The notes under the pieces: generated by a model
What the model saw: the letters and a program-made list of their open reading frames with translations, nothing else
Told to the model about the DNA's origin: nothing
Databases searched by the model: none
Shown here: positions 45,593-53,891 of the stretch, in pieces
How positions within the stretch are numbered: position 1 is the first letter of the stretch
Layout of the letters: each line of letters opens with the position of its first letter
From: Desulfobacteraceae bacterium
Lineage (GTDB): Bacteria; Desulfobacterota; Desulfobacteria; Desulfobacterales; ETH-SRB1
DNA length: 64,000 nt
Assembly (NCBI GenBank): GCA_030593145.1
Contig: JAUVHU010000006.1
Span: forward strand, 1,121-65,120
Direction of reading: 5' to 3'
Program-made: the position numbers and the translations under genes

Positions 45593-47134
45593 TTGTTTTA
45601 TAGAAACAGGCAATCCATAATTTGTTTGGTGTGTAAAACCATAATTGTTGTTTTCTCGATTATGCTTGTTTTTCTCCTATCGGATGTTGTTTGGTCGGAT
45701 GTTGTTTGGGCGCAAAAAAAAGTACACACTGTTTTTTTTGAAGGCACCGACCATGAGCTTGATATATACAAAATATATGGCAAGATGCCTGGGAAAACAC
45801 TTCTTTTGATAGGCGGAATTCAGGGAGATGAGCCGGGAGGCTTTCTTTCAGCAGATCATTATGCAGATATCAGTTTGGCTAAAGGAAATCTTATTGTAGT
45901 CCCAAGAGCCAATTTTAAGTCTATTGTTTTGCGTCGGCGCAAGGTAAATGATGATATGAATCGAAAGTTTGGGTACGATCGCAAAAATAACTATGAAACC
46001 AAAATCGTTGAAATCTTAAAAGAATTGATTAATGAAAGTGATTGCCTGCTAAATCTGCACGATGGCTCAGGTTTTTATTCAGACAAATGGGAAGGGCGTG
46101 ATAGAAACCCGAACAGATACGGCCAGTCGATTATCTCAGATTGTGAAGTTTATATTGATCCTGAAACAGAAGATGTTGTCGAGCTTGGCGTTATGGCGAG
46201 ATGGGTAGCCGATGAAATCAATAAGAATATAAAAAATCCTCTTAACTATTTTCATTTTAACGATCACAAAACTACTGAAAAAAATTCCCTGCATAAGGAG
46301 CAGCGCAAATCGGCCACATATTATGCTTTATATACATGCGGCATACCGGCATTTGGTATTGAAACAAGCAAATCACTTTCCCTTGAGTTGAAAGTACGTC
46401 ATCATAACCTCGCAATAAATGCCTTTATGGAAAAATTTGATATTATTCCCGAGACACCCGGTCTTAACCTTGATAAACCTATGCTGGATTATCTCGTTAT
46501 ATCTATAAACAACTCTTTGCCGATTGTTGTTAAAAATCAGGAGACACTTCATATTAACTCCGGCGATAATATTATGATATCTCATGTTGAGGCAAACTAC
46601 AAACGAGGGCTTTCCGCTGATGTTATTGATTACGGAAGCATAAGGGATATGCGAAAGGAAATCAGGATAACGGGGCCGACAAGAATTGTTGCGCGGAAGG
46701 ATTTTTTTCCATGCGGAAGTGTTTATATAGTGCCTGGTAAAAGACGTCGAATAATGGCTAAAGGTATATCAGTTTCAAAGAAACCAACCTTAACGCCTTA
46801 TATACATTCTTTCAAAGCCAAAATTAACGGTAAAAAAATAATTTATAAGAACAATGATTGTGCCAAACTAATAAAGGGCGACACTTTTGAGCTTGTGGAT
46901 GTAATCGGCGGTCCTGGAGATCCTTCGGATATGATTGTAAACTTTAAAGGCTTTGTGGGTGATACGGGCAACAATACGGGGGAAGACAGGGGATATGCAA
47001 TTAATACTGCCAAAGATCTCTGGAAGAATTATTCGCTGGATAAAAAAGGATTAAAATATAAGGTAATAGTTACATATAATAACCAAAATGCAGGAGAATT
47101 GTTCATAGATCTTGAAGAACCTGTTTTGAAATAA
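45593..47134 (+). CDS. M14-like peptidoglycan carboxypeptidase, Csd4/Pgp1-like (M99-type)
   Basis: GGIQGDEPGG has a Q-x-x-E metal motif in place of H-x-x-E, as described for Csd4. There is a downstream LLNLHDGSG histidine, an N-terminal signal anchor and a large beta-rich C-terminal region. Confidence 0.55.
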   Translation: MFYRNRQSIICLVCKTIIVVFSIMLVFLLSDVVWSDVVWAQKKVHTVFFEGTDHELDIYKIYGKMPGKTLLLIGGIQGDEPGGFLSADHYADISLAKGNLIVVPRANFKSIVLRRRKVNDDMNRKFGYDRKNNYETKIVEILKELINESDCLLNLHDGSGFYSDKWEGRDRNPNRYGQSIISDCEVYIDPETEDVVELGVMARWVADEINKNIKNPLNYFHFNDHKTTEKNSLHKEQRKSATYYALYTCGIPAFGIETSKSLSLELKVRHHNLAINAFMEKFDIIPETPGLNLDKPMLDYLVISINNSLPIVVKNQETLHINSGDNIMISHVEANYKRGLSADVIDYGSIRDMRKEIRITGPTRIVARKDFFPCGSVYIVPGKRRRIMAKGISVSKKPTLTPYIHSFKAKINGKKIIYKNNDCAKLIKGDTFELVDVIGGPGDPSDMIVNFKGFVGDTGNNTGEDRGYAINTAKDLWKNYSLDKKGLKYKVIVTYNNQNAGELFIDLEEPVLK

Positions 47135-47135
47135 A

Positions 47136-47519
47136 TTGCTGAATTTTTACAGGAGATGTATTGTGTGGAATAAAACTGAAAATATTTCTATCATTGATAA
47201 AGGGTTGATTGTAGATGGCACGGTTTCCGCCAAAGGGAAATTAGTAATAAAAGGGACAGTGAAGGGAACGCTTGTCGGAGAAACGGTGATTGTTGCTAAA
47301 GAAGGGGTTATTTCCGCGGATACAAAGGTAACGAGTATTACCGTAGGAGGAACCTTTGACGGAGAATTAGAGGCTTCAAATGAGCTGATAATACTTTCCA
47401 CCGGAACTTGTACAGGTAAAATGATCTGTAAGAATCTTATTGTTGAATCCGGAGGGAAATTAAATGCCGGTGTGGCATGTACTAAGGTGCAAAACACAAA
47501 CCAAGATATAAAGAAGTAG
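47136..47519 (+). CDS. bactofilin (polymer-forming cytoskeletal protein, CcmA-like)
   Basis: Beta-helix repeats GTVSAKGKLVIKGTVKGTLVGETVIVAKEGVISADTKVTSITVGGTFDGELEASNELIILSTGTCTGKMICKNLIVESGGKLNAG. A more likely start is GTG 47163, after the aggaga RBS. Confidence 0.75.
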   Translation: MLNFYRRCIVWNKTENISIIDKGLIVDGTVSAKGKLVIKGTVKGTLVGETVIVAKEGVISADTKVTSITVGGTFDGELEASNELIILSTGTCTGKMICKNLIVESGGKLNAGVACTKVQNTNQDIKK

Positions 47520-47548
47520 TGTCTCAATTGATAGTTGTCGGGGGCTTA

Positions 47549-48328
47549 CTATTCTTCCCATTTGAATTTTGCATATAGCGGAAAATGATCTGATAGATAT
47601 ATACCATAAATTTTATCATGAACTACCTTGCAATTCACTGAAATAATACTGCCGCGATATAGAATCCAGTCAATATGATCTCCATTTCTATTTCCTGAAA
47701 ATCCATGATGTGTTCCGGGGAAAGGCTCACTAAAGGTGTTTTTAAAATAAAGCTTATTTGTTGAATTTGATTTTTTGTTCTGCCCTGTTAGCATCTTATA
47801 ACATGGACAAGAAGTGGTCGCATTAAAGTCTCCCGTAAGAATTACAGGCAGTTCAGATGGAAGACGTGACAGCCGCTTCATAATCAGCTCCGCGCTTTTA
47901 ACTTGGATAGTAGGGTCGAAATCAAAGTGGGTATTAATATATATAAGCGAATGATCATTGCTTTCAAATATACCAATTGTGCATTGTCTTGGCCAGAGAC
48001 TTTTCCTGGAACGGCTGGGTATCATTGGAGTTGGGCTCAAGAAAAAGTGCTCACTATGGATGCATTTCCAGGTTTTTTTATAGAAAATAATATTGTTTTG
48101 CCAAAATAAAGGGGCGGGGTTTCTTTTCCCAATAAAGCTGTACCCGGTCAGGATGTTTTTTAGAAAATCTGTTTGAAAATCGTTTGCTTCCTGTAAGCCA
48201 ATGAAATCAGCAGGATATTTATCGAAAAGGTAGGGAAAGCATTTCTTTCGGTGATCCCAGTTATTGGAACCGTCGTCTGCCAGGCCAAAGCGAAGATTGA
48301 GTGTTATAACTGAAAGCATGTTATTCAT
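47549..48328 (-). CDS. endonuclease/exonuclease/phosphatase (EEP) family protein
   Basis: VITLNLRFG..IGLQEA..TGDFN..SDHFPL are EEP catalytic motifs. Confidence 0.75.
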   Translation of the reverse strand: MNNMLSVITLNLRFGLADDGSNNWDHRKKCFPYLFDKYPADFIGLQEANDFQTDFLKNILTGYSFIGKRNPAPLFWQNNIIFYKKTWKCIHSEHFFLSPTPMIPSRSRKSLWPRQCTIGIFESNDHSLIYINTHFDFDPTIQVKSAELIMKRLSRLPSELPVILTGDFNATTSCPCYKMLTGQNKKSNSTNKLYFKNTFSEPFPGTHHGFSGNRNGDHIDWILYRGSIISVNCKVVHDKIYGIYLSDHFPLYAKFKWEE

Positions 48329-48365
48329 TTTAACCTGCTTTGAGAAGATAAAGATATTTATTAGT

Positions 48366-48392
48366 AGCTGTTCACGGTTGTTGGTTCACAGT
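48366..48392. repeat. short 7-nt-period array (inverse GAACCGT flavour)
   Basis: gctgttc acggttg ttggttc acagtat. Confidence 0.5.
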
Positions 48393-48526
48393 ATTTATTA
48401 ATAAACTGCTACAATTTTACAATAATTGCAAGATTTATTCGTCAATCGCTAACGCGGTTACATTTCCTGCAGCGTTCCATTACAATGCAGTCATAAAATA
48501 ATAGACAAAAAAGAGTGTTTTTTCTA

Positions 48527-48556
48527 CTTGACATATAACTATTATATGTTTTATAA
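48527..48556 (+). promoter_or_regulatory. sigma70-type promoter candidate for rplM-rpsI
   Basis: TTGACA-N18-TATAAA lies ~40 nt upstream of the rplM GTG. Confidence 0.45.
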
Positions 48557-48592
48557 AACCAATTTCTTAATACGGTTTAGGAGTGAAATGTC

Positions 48593-49030
48593 GTGAAAAA
48601 ATATACATACAGTGCAAAGCGGTCTGATAATCAGGAAAAATGGTGTGTTGTTGATGCAGACGGGGTTGTCCTCGGAAGGCTCGCAACTTTGATAGCTTCG
48701 CGTCTAAGAGGTAAACATAACGTTTTGTTTACACCTCATGCTGATACCGGTGACATGGTAATAGTAATAAATGCCGAAAAAATTACTCTGACAGGCAGGA
48801 AGTGGGAGAAGAAATGCTATTACAGGCACAGCGGCTACATAGGCGGACTCAAAACAATTACCGCAAAGGATCTTCTCGATAAAAAGCCTGAAGATCTTAT
48901 ACGTTTTGCTGTAAAAGGAATGCTGCCTAAAAACAGGCTTGGATCAAAGCTTTATAAAAAGCTAAAAGTCTATACAGGGGATAAACATCCTCATAAGTCT
49001 CAACATCCGGAAGTTGTCGTACTTCAATAA
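48593..49030 (+). CDS. rplM: 50S ribosomal protein L13
   Basis: EKWCVVDADGVVLGRLATLIASRLRGKH..FTPHADTGDMVIVINAEK. Confidence 0.9.
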   Translation: MKKYTYSAKRSDNQEKWCVVDADGVVLGRLATLIASRLRGKHNVLFTPHADTGDMVIVINAEKITLTGRKWEKKCYYRHSGYIGGLKTITAKDLLDKKPEDLIRFAVKGMLPKNRLGSKLYKKLKVYTGDKHPHKSQHPEVVVLQ

Positions 49031-49097
49031 GCTTTCAATGACAATGCTGGGATTATGCAAAGGTTTTTCAACGAGGTCTGAATTATAAAGGAATAAA

Positions 49098-49493
49098 ATG
49101 AACAAAGAAAATCTTTTTTATGCTACAGGAAAACGGAAAAACGCTATTGCCAGAACATGGTTAATACCCGGAAAAGGCGAAATTATTATTAATAATCGTC
49201 CTGTGGACGATTATTTCAAGATTCAAACTGTAAAGACAATCATGATGCAGCCACTTGTTCTAACAAATAACACTGGATTGTTTGATGTGAAAGTCACGGT
49301 TAAAGGGGGGGGGATTGCGGGACAGGCCGGCGCAATAAGGCATGGTATTACTAAAGCTCTTATTTTATCAAACCCTGAATTAAGGCAGGTTCTGAAAAAG
49401 GCTGGTTTTGTTAAACGTGATCCCAGGGTCAAAGAAAGAAAAAAATATGGCCAGAAGGGTGCGAGAGCCCGTTTTCAGTTCTCAAAACGTTAG
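49098..49493 (+). CDS. rpsI: 30S ribosomal protein S9
   Basis: [57 protein letters not shown]. Confidence 0.9.
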   Translation: MNKENLFYATGKRKNAIARTWLIPGKGEIIINNRPVDDYFKIQTVKTIMMQPLVLTNNTGLFDVKVTVKGGGIAGQAGAIRHGITKALILSNPELRQVLKKAGFVKRDPRVKERKKYGQKGARARFQFSKR

Positions 49494-49518
49494 AATTCAT
49501 ATATATATATATATTTAA

Positions 49519-49551
49519 AGGGAACAGGTTTTAACCTGTTCCCTTTTTTTT
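49519..49551 (+). terminator. rho-independent terminator after rpsI
   Basis: agggaacagg-tttta-acctgttccct stem followed by tttttttt. Confidence 0.8.
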
Positions 49552-49583
49552 ATGAAAAATAGTTGTTTCCATATCGACCCATT

Positions 49584-49640
49584 GAGACCTTTACAAAACG
49601 TCCCCTTTTACCTCACCTATGGCGGTTTTGCAAAGTTCTC
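49584..49640. repeat. 31-nt repeat family: forward copy plus inverted half-copy (57-nt hairpin)
   Basis: gagacctttacaaaacgtccccttttacctca, then cggttttgcaaagttctc. Confidence 0.7.
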
Positions 49641-49641
49641 A

Positions 49642-50085
49642 TTATGGATTTAGCAGCTTAAATCCTGTTTGGGATTCAAATGTTCTGATACTGGTTGTTT
49701 CCGTTAATTCAAAAAGGATTACCTCCATTATGTGCCACACCTTAACGCCATTGCGGATGCATCCGGTTGTTGTGGATGTTTTCCTGCCACAGGCCATGTG
49801 CATATGAAGCGTGGGATTACCCTCATCGTCCGGGAAAATGGTTCCCGTACCTGCTACCTCATGAACATCGTCAAGGATATGTTCCATTGGCTCTATGGTT
49901 TTCATACGTCCATGCTTCGGCCCTACCACCAGTTTACTTCCTTTGTCAGCTCCTCCGATAATGATTAGTGCTGCAGCCTTAATGGACTGCTTGCGCGCAA
50001 ACCTTTCAAGTTCTTCATGAACAATATCTCCGTCTTCAAGACGTATAACAAAAATCCGCCCCTGTTTTGCCTGTGAATATTTCAT
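49642..50085 (-). CDS. PPC/DUF296 domain protein
   Basis: GRIFVIRLEDGDIVHEELERFARKQSIKAAALIIIGG..HMHMACG is PPC (DUF296)-like. It has a strong aaggag RBS. Confidence 0.6.
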   Translation of the reverse strand: MKYSQAKQGRIFVIRLEDGDIVHEELERFARKQSIKAAALIIIGGADKGSKLVVGPKHGRMKTIEPMEHILDDVHEVAGTGTIFPDDEGNPTLHMHMACGRKTSTTTGCIRNGVKVWHIMEVILFELTETTSIRTFESQTGFKLLNP

Positions 50086-50175
50086 ATTGAATCTCCTTGA
50101 TAAGGCATACGTTTTTTGATATGATAAATTGATTATTAAATTAATATGTTATGAGAGACGTTCTTTTCTAAAAAT

Positions 50176-50193
50176 ACGTTTTGCAAAGGTCTC
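50176..50193 (-). repeat. 31-nt repeat family, inverted half-copy immediately upstream of the HTH-Zn-ribbon gene
   Basis: acgttttgcaaaggtctc. Confidence 0.65.
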
Positions 50194-50200
50194 ATTTTAT

Positions 50201-50482
50201 ATGAAAACAATTCGCCAGCAGATTATATCGCTTCTTAAAAACCGTGAAATGAATGCCAGAGAAATCTCGAAGGCATTAGGAATTCAAGAAAAAACGGTTT
50301 ATGATCATCTTGAGCATATTCGTCATTCAATAAAACCCCAAAAAAAGCAACTCATGATCCATCCGTTTCACTGTTTAGTCTGTGATTATATATTTAAAGA
50401 CCGGAAACGTTTATCGCGTCCCGGTCGTTGCCCACAATGTAAACAAGGACATATTGAGGCTGCAACCTTTAAAATCATATAA
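50201..50482 (+). CDS. small HTH + Zn-ribbon transcriptional regulator-like protein
   Basis: MKTIRQQIISLLKNREMNAREISKALGIQEKTVYDHLEHI is a winged-helix-like HTH. CLVCDY..CPQCK is a Cys4 ribbon. The longest ORF starts at 50129. Confidence 0.6.
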   Translation: MKTIRQQIISLLKNREMNAREISKALGIQEKTVYDHLEHIRHSIKPQKKQLMIHPFHCLVCDYIFKDRKRLSRPGRCPQCKQGHIEAATFKII

Positions 50483-50495
50483 ACTCATCTTTCAC

Positions 50496-50526
50496 AACAC
50501 AATGCGAGACCTTTGCAAAACGTCCT
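50496..50526 (+). repeat. 31-nt repeat family copy immediately downstream of the HTH-Zn-ribbon gene
   Basis: gagacctttgcaaaacgtcctcttttgccca. Confidence 0.75.
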
Positions 50527-50591
50527 CTTTTGCCCATCTCCTATTATGCCGAATTCATTAGGTAAACAATGAAAATTCCTATATTGTCAGG

Positions 50592-51905
50592 CTATACAGT
50601 TATTCTGCCGGTTTTCAACAGAGCAACCGAACTGTAAGTTCTTGCCCAGAAATTTGCTTTTTCTTCTGCTGGATACTTAAAAAAATCCTGGGTCCAGTTG
50701 AAAGAAGGGTTTTGATACATATCCCGGAGTATGTTTGCGATCTGTTTTGGTTTCCAATTAGCATGGATAAGAAAATCGTAAACAAAACCCGTTATTTTTT
50801 TCGGTTGAAGAGCCGAAGGATTCGGAAAGTAAAGAATGTCTCTTGTACGATCGGGAATGTTTTCCTCTTTTTTTGCATATTCCAGAGCAAATCCCCTTGG
50901 AATATCTTTCTGGCTTTCAAAATCCCTGTGAAAACGATAAAGGTCGGATGACTTGTATTTATGAATAAAATCGATCAATCTTTCATTGGAGCATGGTATG
51001 AAACCGGAAAAGCTTTGTGCTCGATCAGCTGCTTTTTCCAGGTCCCACATGCAATCCAGAATAAAATCTATATCGGTTTCTTCACTTGCATCCTTTCCAT
51101 CAAAATAGGTGCCGACTACATCTACAAGAGGAGGTTGATGATGTTTTCCATATTTTTCCTGATTTTTCTTATGCAGGCTGAAAGGACTGCGAATGGAACG
51201 CATAAAAGGTGAACCTTCGCTCCAGGAATTGTCAAAATTGATGCAGCAGTCACAACTGTCGGAAATAGTAACCGGAAGGAGCCCGCTGGATTCATTATCC
51301 TTAAAAGCCGTTATGGTAAGAAGAGAGATATACTCCGCAATTTTACCGAGTCCGCTAAAAACATGCGCTGCATCGAGCGAAATCCCATACCAGCGTCTAA
51401 TGTCATCAGGATCGATAAAATTGCATGCTTTAATAAGATCCTTTTCCAGAAATCCGATTTTCTTTAACTCTTCTGTAGCTCGATATCCCAAAAGATTTTG
51501 AAAGAGAATATGTCCGCCCGAAGGCGTGTAATCCAGAAGATAAGGAATGCCCATTGATTGGAATAGGTTTTCAAGAAAACGGATAACAGGAATTATCTGA
51601 TCGAACAATTCTCTCTGGGTTTTCTTGTCTTCATACAATTTATGGTTTTCGTCTGCAAGAAAGATCTCAAAATCAAGCGGCATAAGCACTGACTGAGATT
51701 TTTCTCCGATAACAGGAAGATGAACCTGCAGGCCTCTTTGAAGTGTAAGTTCTTCAAGTTGATTGACCGGTTCTGCTATTGCCGGAAAGACAGGATCACG
51801 CGTTTCTGCGGAAAGCTCATTTCCGGCCGCAATGACATAATGGCTGAATTGATAACAGTTTTTTAAACGATCAATCACACAATGGTAATATTCTTGAGCA
51901 TTCAT
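50592..51905 (-). CDS. uncharacterised protein with archaeo-eukaryotic-primase (AEP/PrimPol)-like motif triad (hypothesis)
   Basis: Ordered motifs: LMPLDFEIF (D-x-E), DYTPSGGHILF (SG.H) and MRSIRSPFSLHKK (R.P.SLH.K). The likely start is ATG 51905 after the gagg RBS. The longest ORF extends to 51959. Confidence 0.3.
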   Translation of the reverse strand: MNAQEYYHCVIDRLKNCYQFSHYVIAAGNELSAETRDPVFPAIAEPVNQLEELTLQRGLQVHLPVIGEKSQSVLMPLDFEIFLADENHKLYEDKKTQRELFDQIIPVIRFLENLFQSMGIPYLLDYTPSGGHILFQNLLGYRATEELKKIGFLEKDLIKACNFIDPDDIRRWYGISLDAAHVFSGLGKIAEYISLLTITAFKDNESSGLLPVTISDSCDCCINFDNSWSEGSPFMRSIRSPFSLHKKNQEKYGKHHQPPLVDVVGTYFDGKDASEETDIDFILDCMWDLEKAADRAQSFSGFIPCSNERLIDFIHKYKSSDLYRFHRDFESQKDIPRGFALEYAKKEENIPDRTRDILYFPNPSALQPKKITGFVYDFLIHANWKPKQIANILRDMYQNPSFNWTQDFFKYPAEEKANFWARTYSSVALLKTGRITV

Positions 51906-52136
51906 AAATACCTCATTCCAAGGGGTTTGCGCAAGCTCTAGGCCCTTACCATCCGGCAATTATCTTTGATTTGCTTAATCGTTCCTTGAAGTTATGATAT
52001 TTTTATTGTTACAATAAACAGCTCAATTTAAATTATAATAACTTATTGATCAAAAAACAAATGGTAAGTTCGAAAGTTTAGTGACTAAAGTTAAGGAATA
52101 AAGCTGACGATCTGATAAAGAGCTGATGGTAGAAGA

Positions 52137-53186
52137 ATGAGGAGCAAAAAAAGAGCCCTGGTATTGATTGACGGAGCCATGGGCGAGGGAGGGGGGCAAA
52201 TACTGCGGACATCTCTGGCTCTCTCGTTATGTTTAGGCAAACCTTTCCGTATGGTAAACCTGCGCGCACGCCGAAAGAAACCGGGTTTCAGACATCAGCA
52301 TCTGGTCTGTGTCAATGCCGCAACAAACATCGGTGGCGCCAAGATCAAAGGTGCAAGGCTTGGTTCTCAGGAATTGATGTTCGCTCCAACGACCATTAAG
52401 CCTGGTCATTACCATTTTGACATAGGTACTGCCGGCAGCACCACTCTCGTGTTGCAGTCAGTACTTCCTGCCTTGCTGATTGCAAACGGGCCGTCAACAC
52501 TGATACTCGAGGGCGGCACGCATAATCCTTTTGCACCTCCGTTTGACTTTCTGCAACAGGTCTTCCTGCCTATCATCAACCGTATGGGACCAAAGGTCGA
52601 AGTACGCCTTGAACGTCCTGGTTACTATCCCAAAGGGGGAGGCAGGTTGAGCGTAACAATCCAGCCTGCTAAAAAACTGCGGGCATTCTGTCTCCACGAG
52701 AGAGGAAAAATTCGGGAGCGGCGCGCCACGGCCACCGTGGCCGGTCTGCCCAGTCATATTGCGAAGCGAGAGATTGGTGTGATCGGGCAAAAGCTTGGAT
52801 GGGGTAAAGAATGTCTGTATATCAAGGAAGAACCGGCTGACATGGGTCCAGGCAATATTGTTACCATTGAGATTAAAAGCGAATACATTTCAGAGGTATT
52901 TACCGGTTTTGGTGAGAGGGGGGTCAGAGCGGAAACGGTGGCAGACAAGGCTGCTAAAGCAGCTCTCCGCTATTTGGATGCCGGTGTACCTGTCTGCGAT
53001 CATCTTGCTGATCAGCTACTTCTTCCCTTTGCCCTGGCAGGCGGCGGATCCTATAACTCCCTTAAACCGACTCCACACACCAGAACAAATTCCGAAGTAT
53101 TGAAGCTTTTCATGGACATTGAAATCAGCATGGACAGGATCAGCAAGGATATCTGGCAAATTACTCTTTCGCGAGCTTATCAGTAA
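52137..53186 (+). CDS. rtcA: RNA 3'-terminal phosphate cyclase
   Basis: IDGAMGEGGGQILRTSLALSLCLGKPFRMVNLRARRKKPGFRHQHL..TAGSTTLVLQSVLPAL..DHLADQLLLP. Confidence 0.85.
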   Translation: MRSKKRALVLIDGAMGEGGGQILRTSLALSLCLGKPFRMVNLRARRKKPGFRHQHLVCVNAATNIGGAKIKGARLGSQELMFAPTTIKPGHYHFDIGTAGSTTLVLQSVLPALLIANGPSTLILEGGTHNPFAPPFDFLQQVFLPIINRMGPKVEVRLERPGYYPKGGGRLSVTIQPAKKLRAFCLHERGKIRERRATATVAGLPSHIAKREIGVIGQKLGWGKECLYIKEEPADMGPGNIVTIEIKSEYISEVFTGFGERGVRAETVADKAAKAALRYLDAGVPVCDHLADQLLLPFALAGGGSYNSLKPTPHTRTNSEVLKLFMDIEISMDRISKDIWQITLSRAYQ

Positions 53187-53234
53187 TCGGATGTTCATGA
53201 GTATCCCGCAGGAAAGCTTGCGGAGCTTTACTTG

Positions 53235-53801
53235 TTAAAAGATCTCTTTAATGTAAAAGAAAAGTATGGTTCCGGAAAAGGCAAGTTTTAGTCCGGTGCT
53301 TACCATGATTCCGACAAAGACACCTAATCCGGCTCGCAGAGCCTTTCTTCCTTCTTTCCTCGCTAATAGTTCTCCGGCAAATGCCCCCATGAATGCGCCC
53401 ATAATCATTCCCCAAGGCGGGAACATGAAAACACCTGCTAACATTCCGGTCATGGCACCTGTCACACCCCATTTTGATGCCCCGTATTTTTTTGCCCCGC
53501 CTACAGGAATTACATAGTCAAGAATGGTCACAAATATCGTCAGCCCTGCCATAACAATCAAAAATGTCGAACTAAACGGTTCCCAGTTTTTGGCGCAGGA
53601 AAGAATGATTAAGGATAAAAAACTGATAAAAGGGCCGGGGATGACAGGTAAGATACAACCGATAAGGCCGCACAATGCGAAAAGTAATCCTGAGATTATT
53701 AATATGATCGTCAAGGTTGTAAGCCCTAAGGTTTGAATGTTTTCATTTTTAACACTTTTTACGAGTTCAGCCGGGGAGCAGAAAACATATAGTTCCAACA
53801 C
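53235..53801 (-). CDS. DUF456 family membrane protein
   Basis: Four to five TM helices; GLIGCILPVIPGPFISFLSLII is DUF456-like. Confidence 0.6.
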   Translation of the reverse strand: MLELYVFCSPAELVKSVKNENIQTLGLTTLTIILIISGLLFALCGLIGCILPVIPGPFISFLSLIILSCAKNWEPFSSTFLIVMAGLTIFVTILDYVIPVGGAKKYGASKWGVTGAMTGMLAGVFMFPPWGMIMGAFMGAFAGELLARKEGRKALRAGLGVFVGIMVSTGLKLAFSGTILFFYIKEIF

Positions 53802-53891
53802 CTTGAAAAGAAACCGATTATGATGTATGGAATATCAGCATGATACGCAAAAATAATATTATCATAGTTAGTCGATAAAGGATATTAGATT

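Noticed and set aside
47147-47527. 126-aa minus-strand ORF opposite the bactofilin gene
   Set aside because: The plus strand shows the bactofilin beta-helix repeat pattern and operon continuity. The minus ORF is a shadow.
49499-49514. (AT)8 dinucleotide repeat after rpsI
   Set aside because: It is a short simple repeat just before the terminator. There is nothing to suggest a function beyond an AT-rich spacer.
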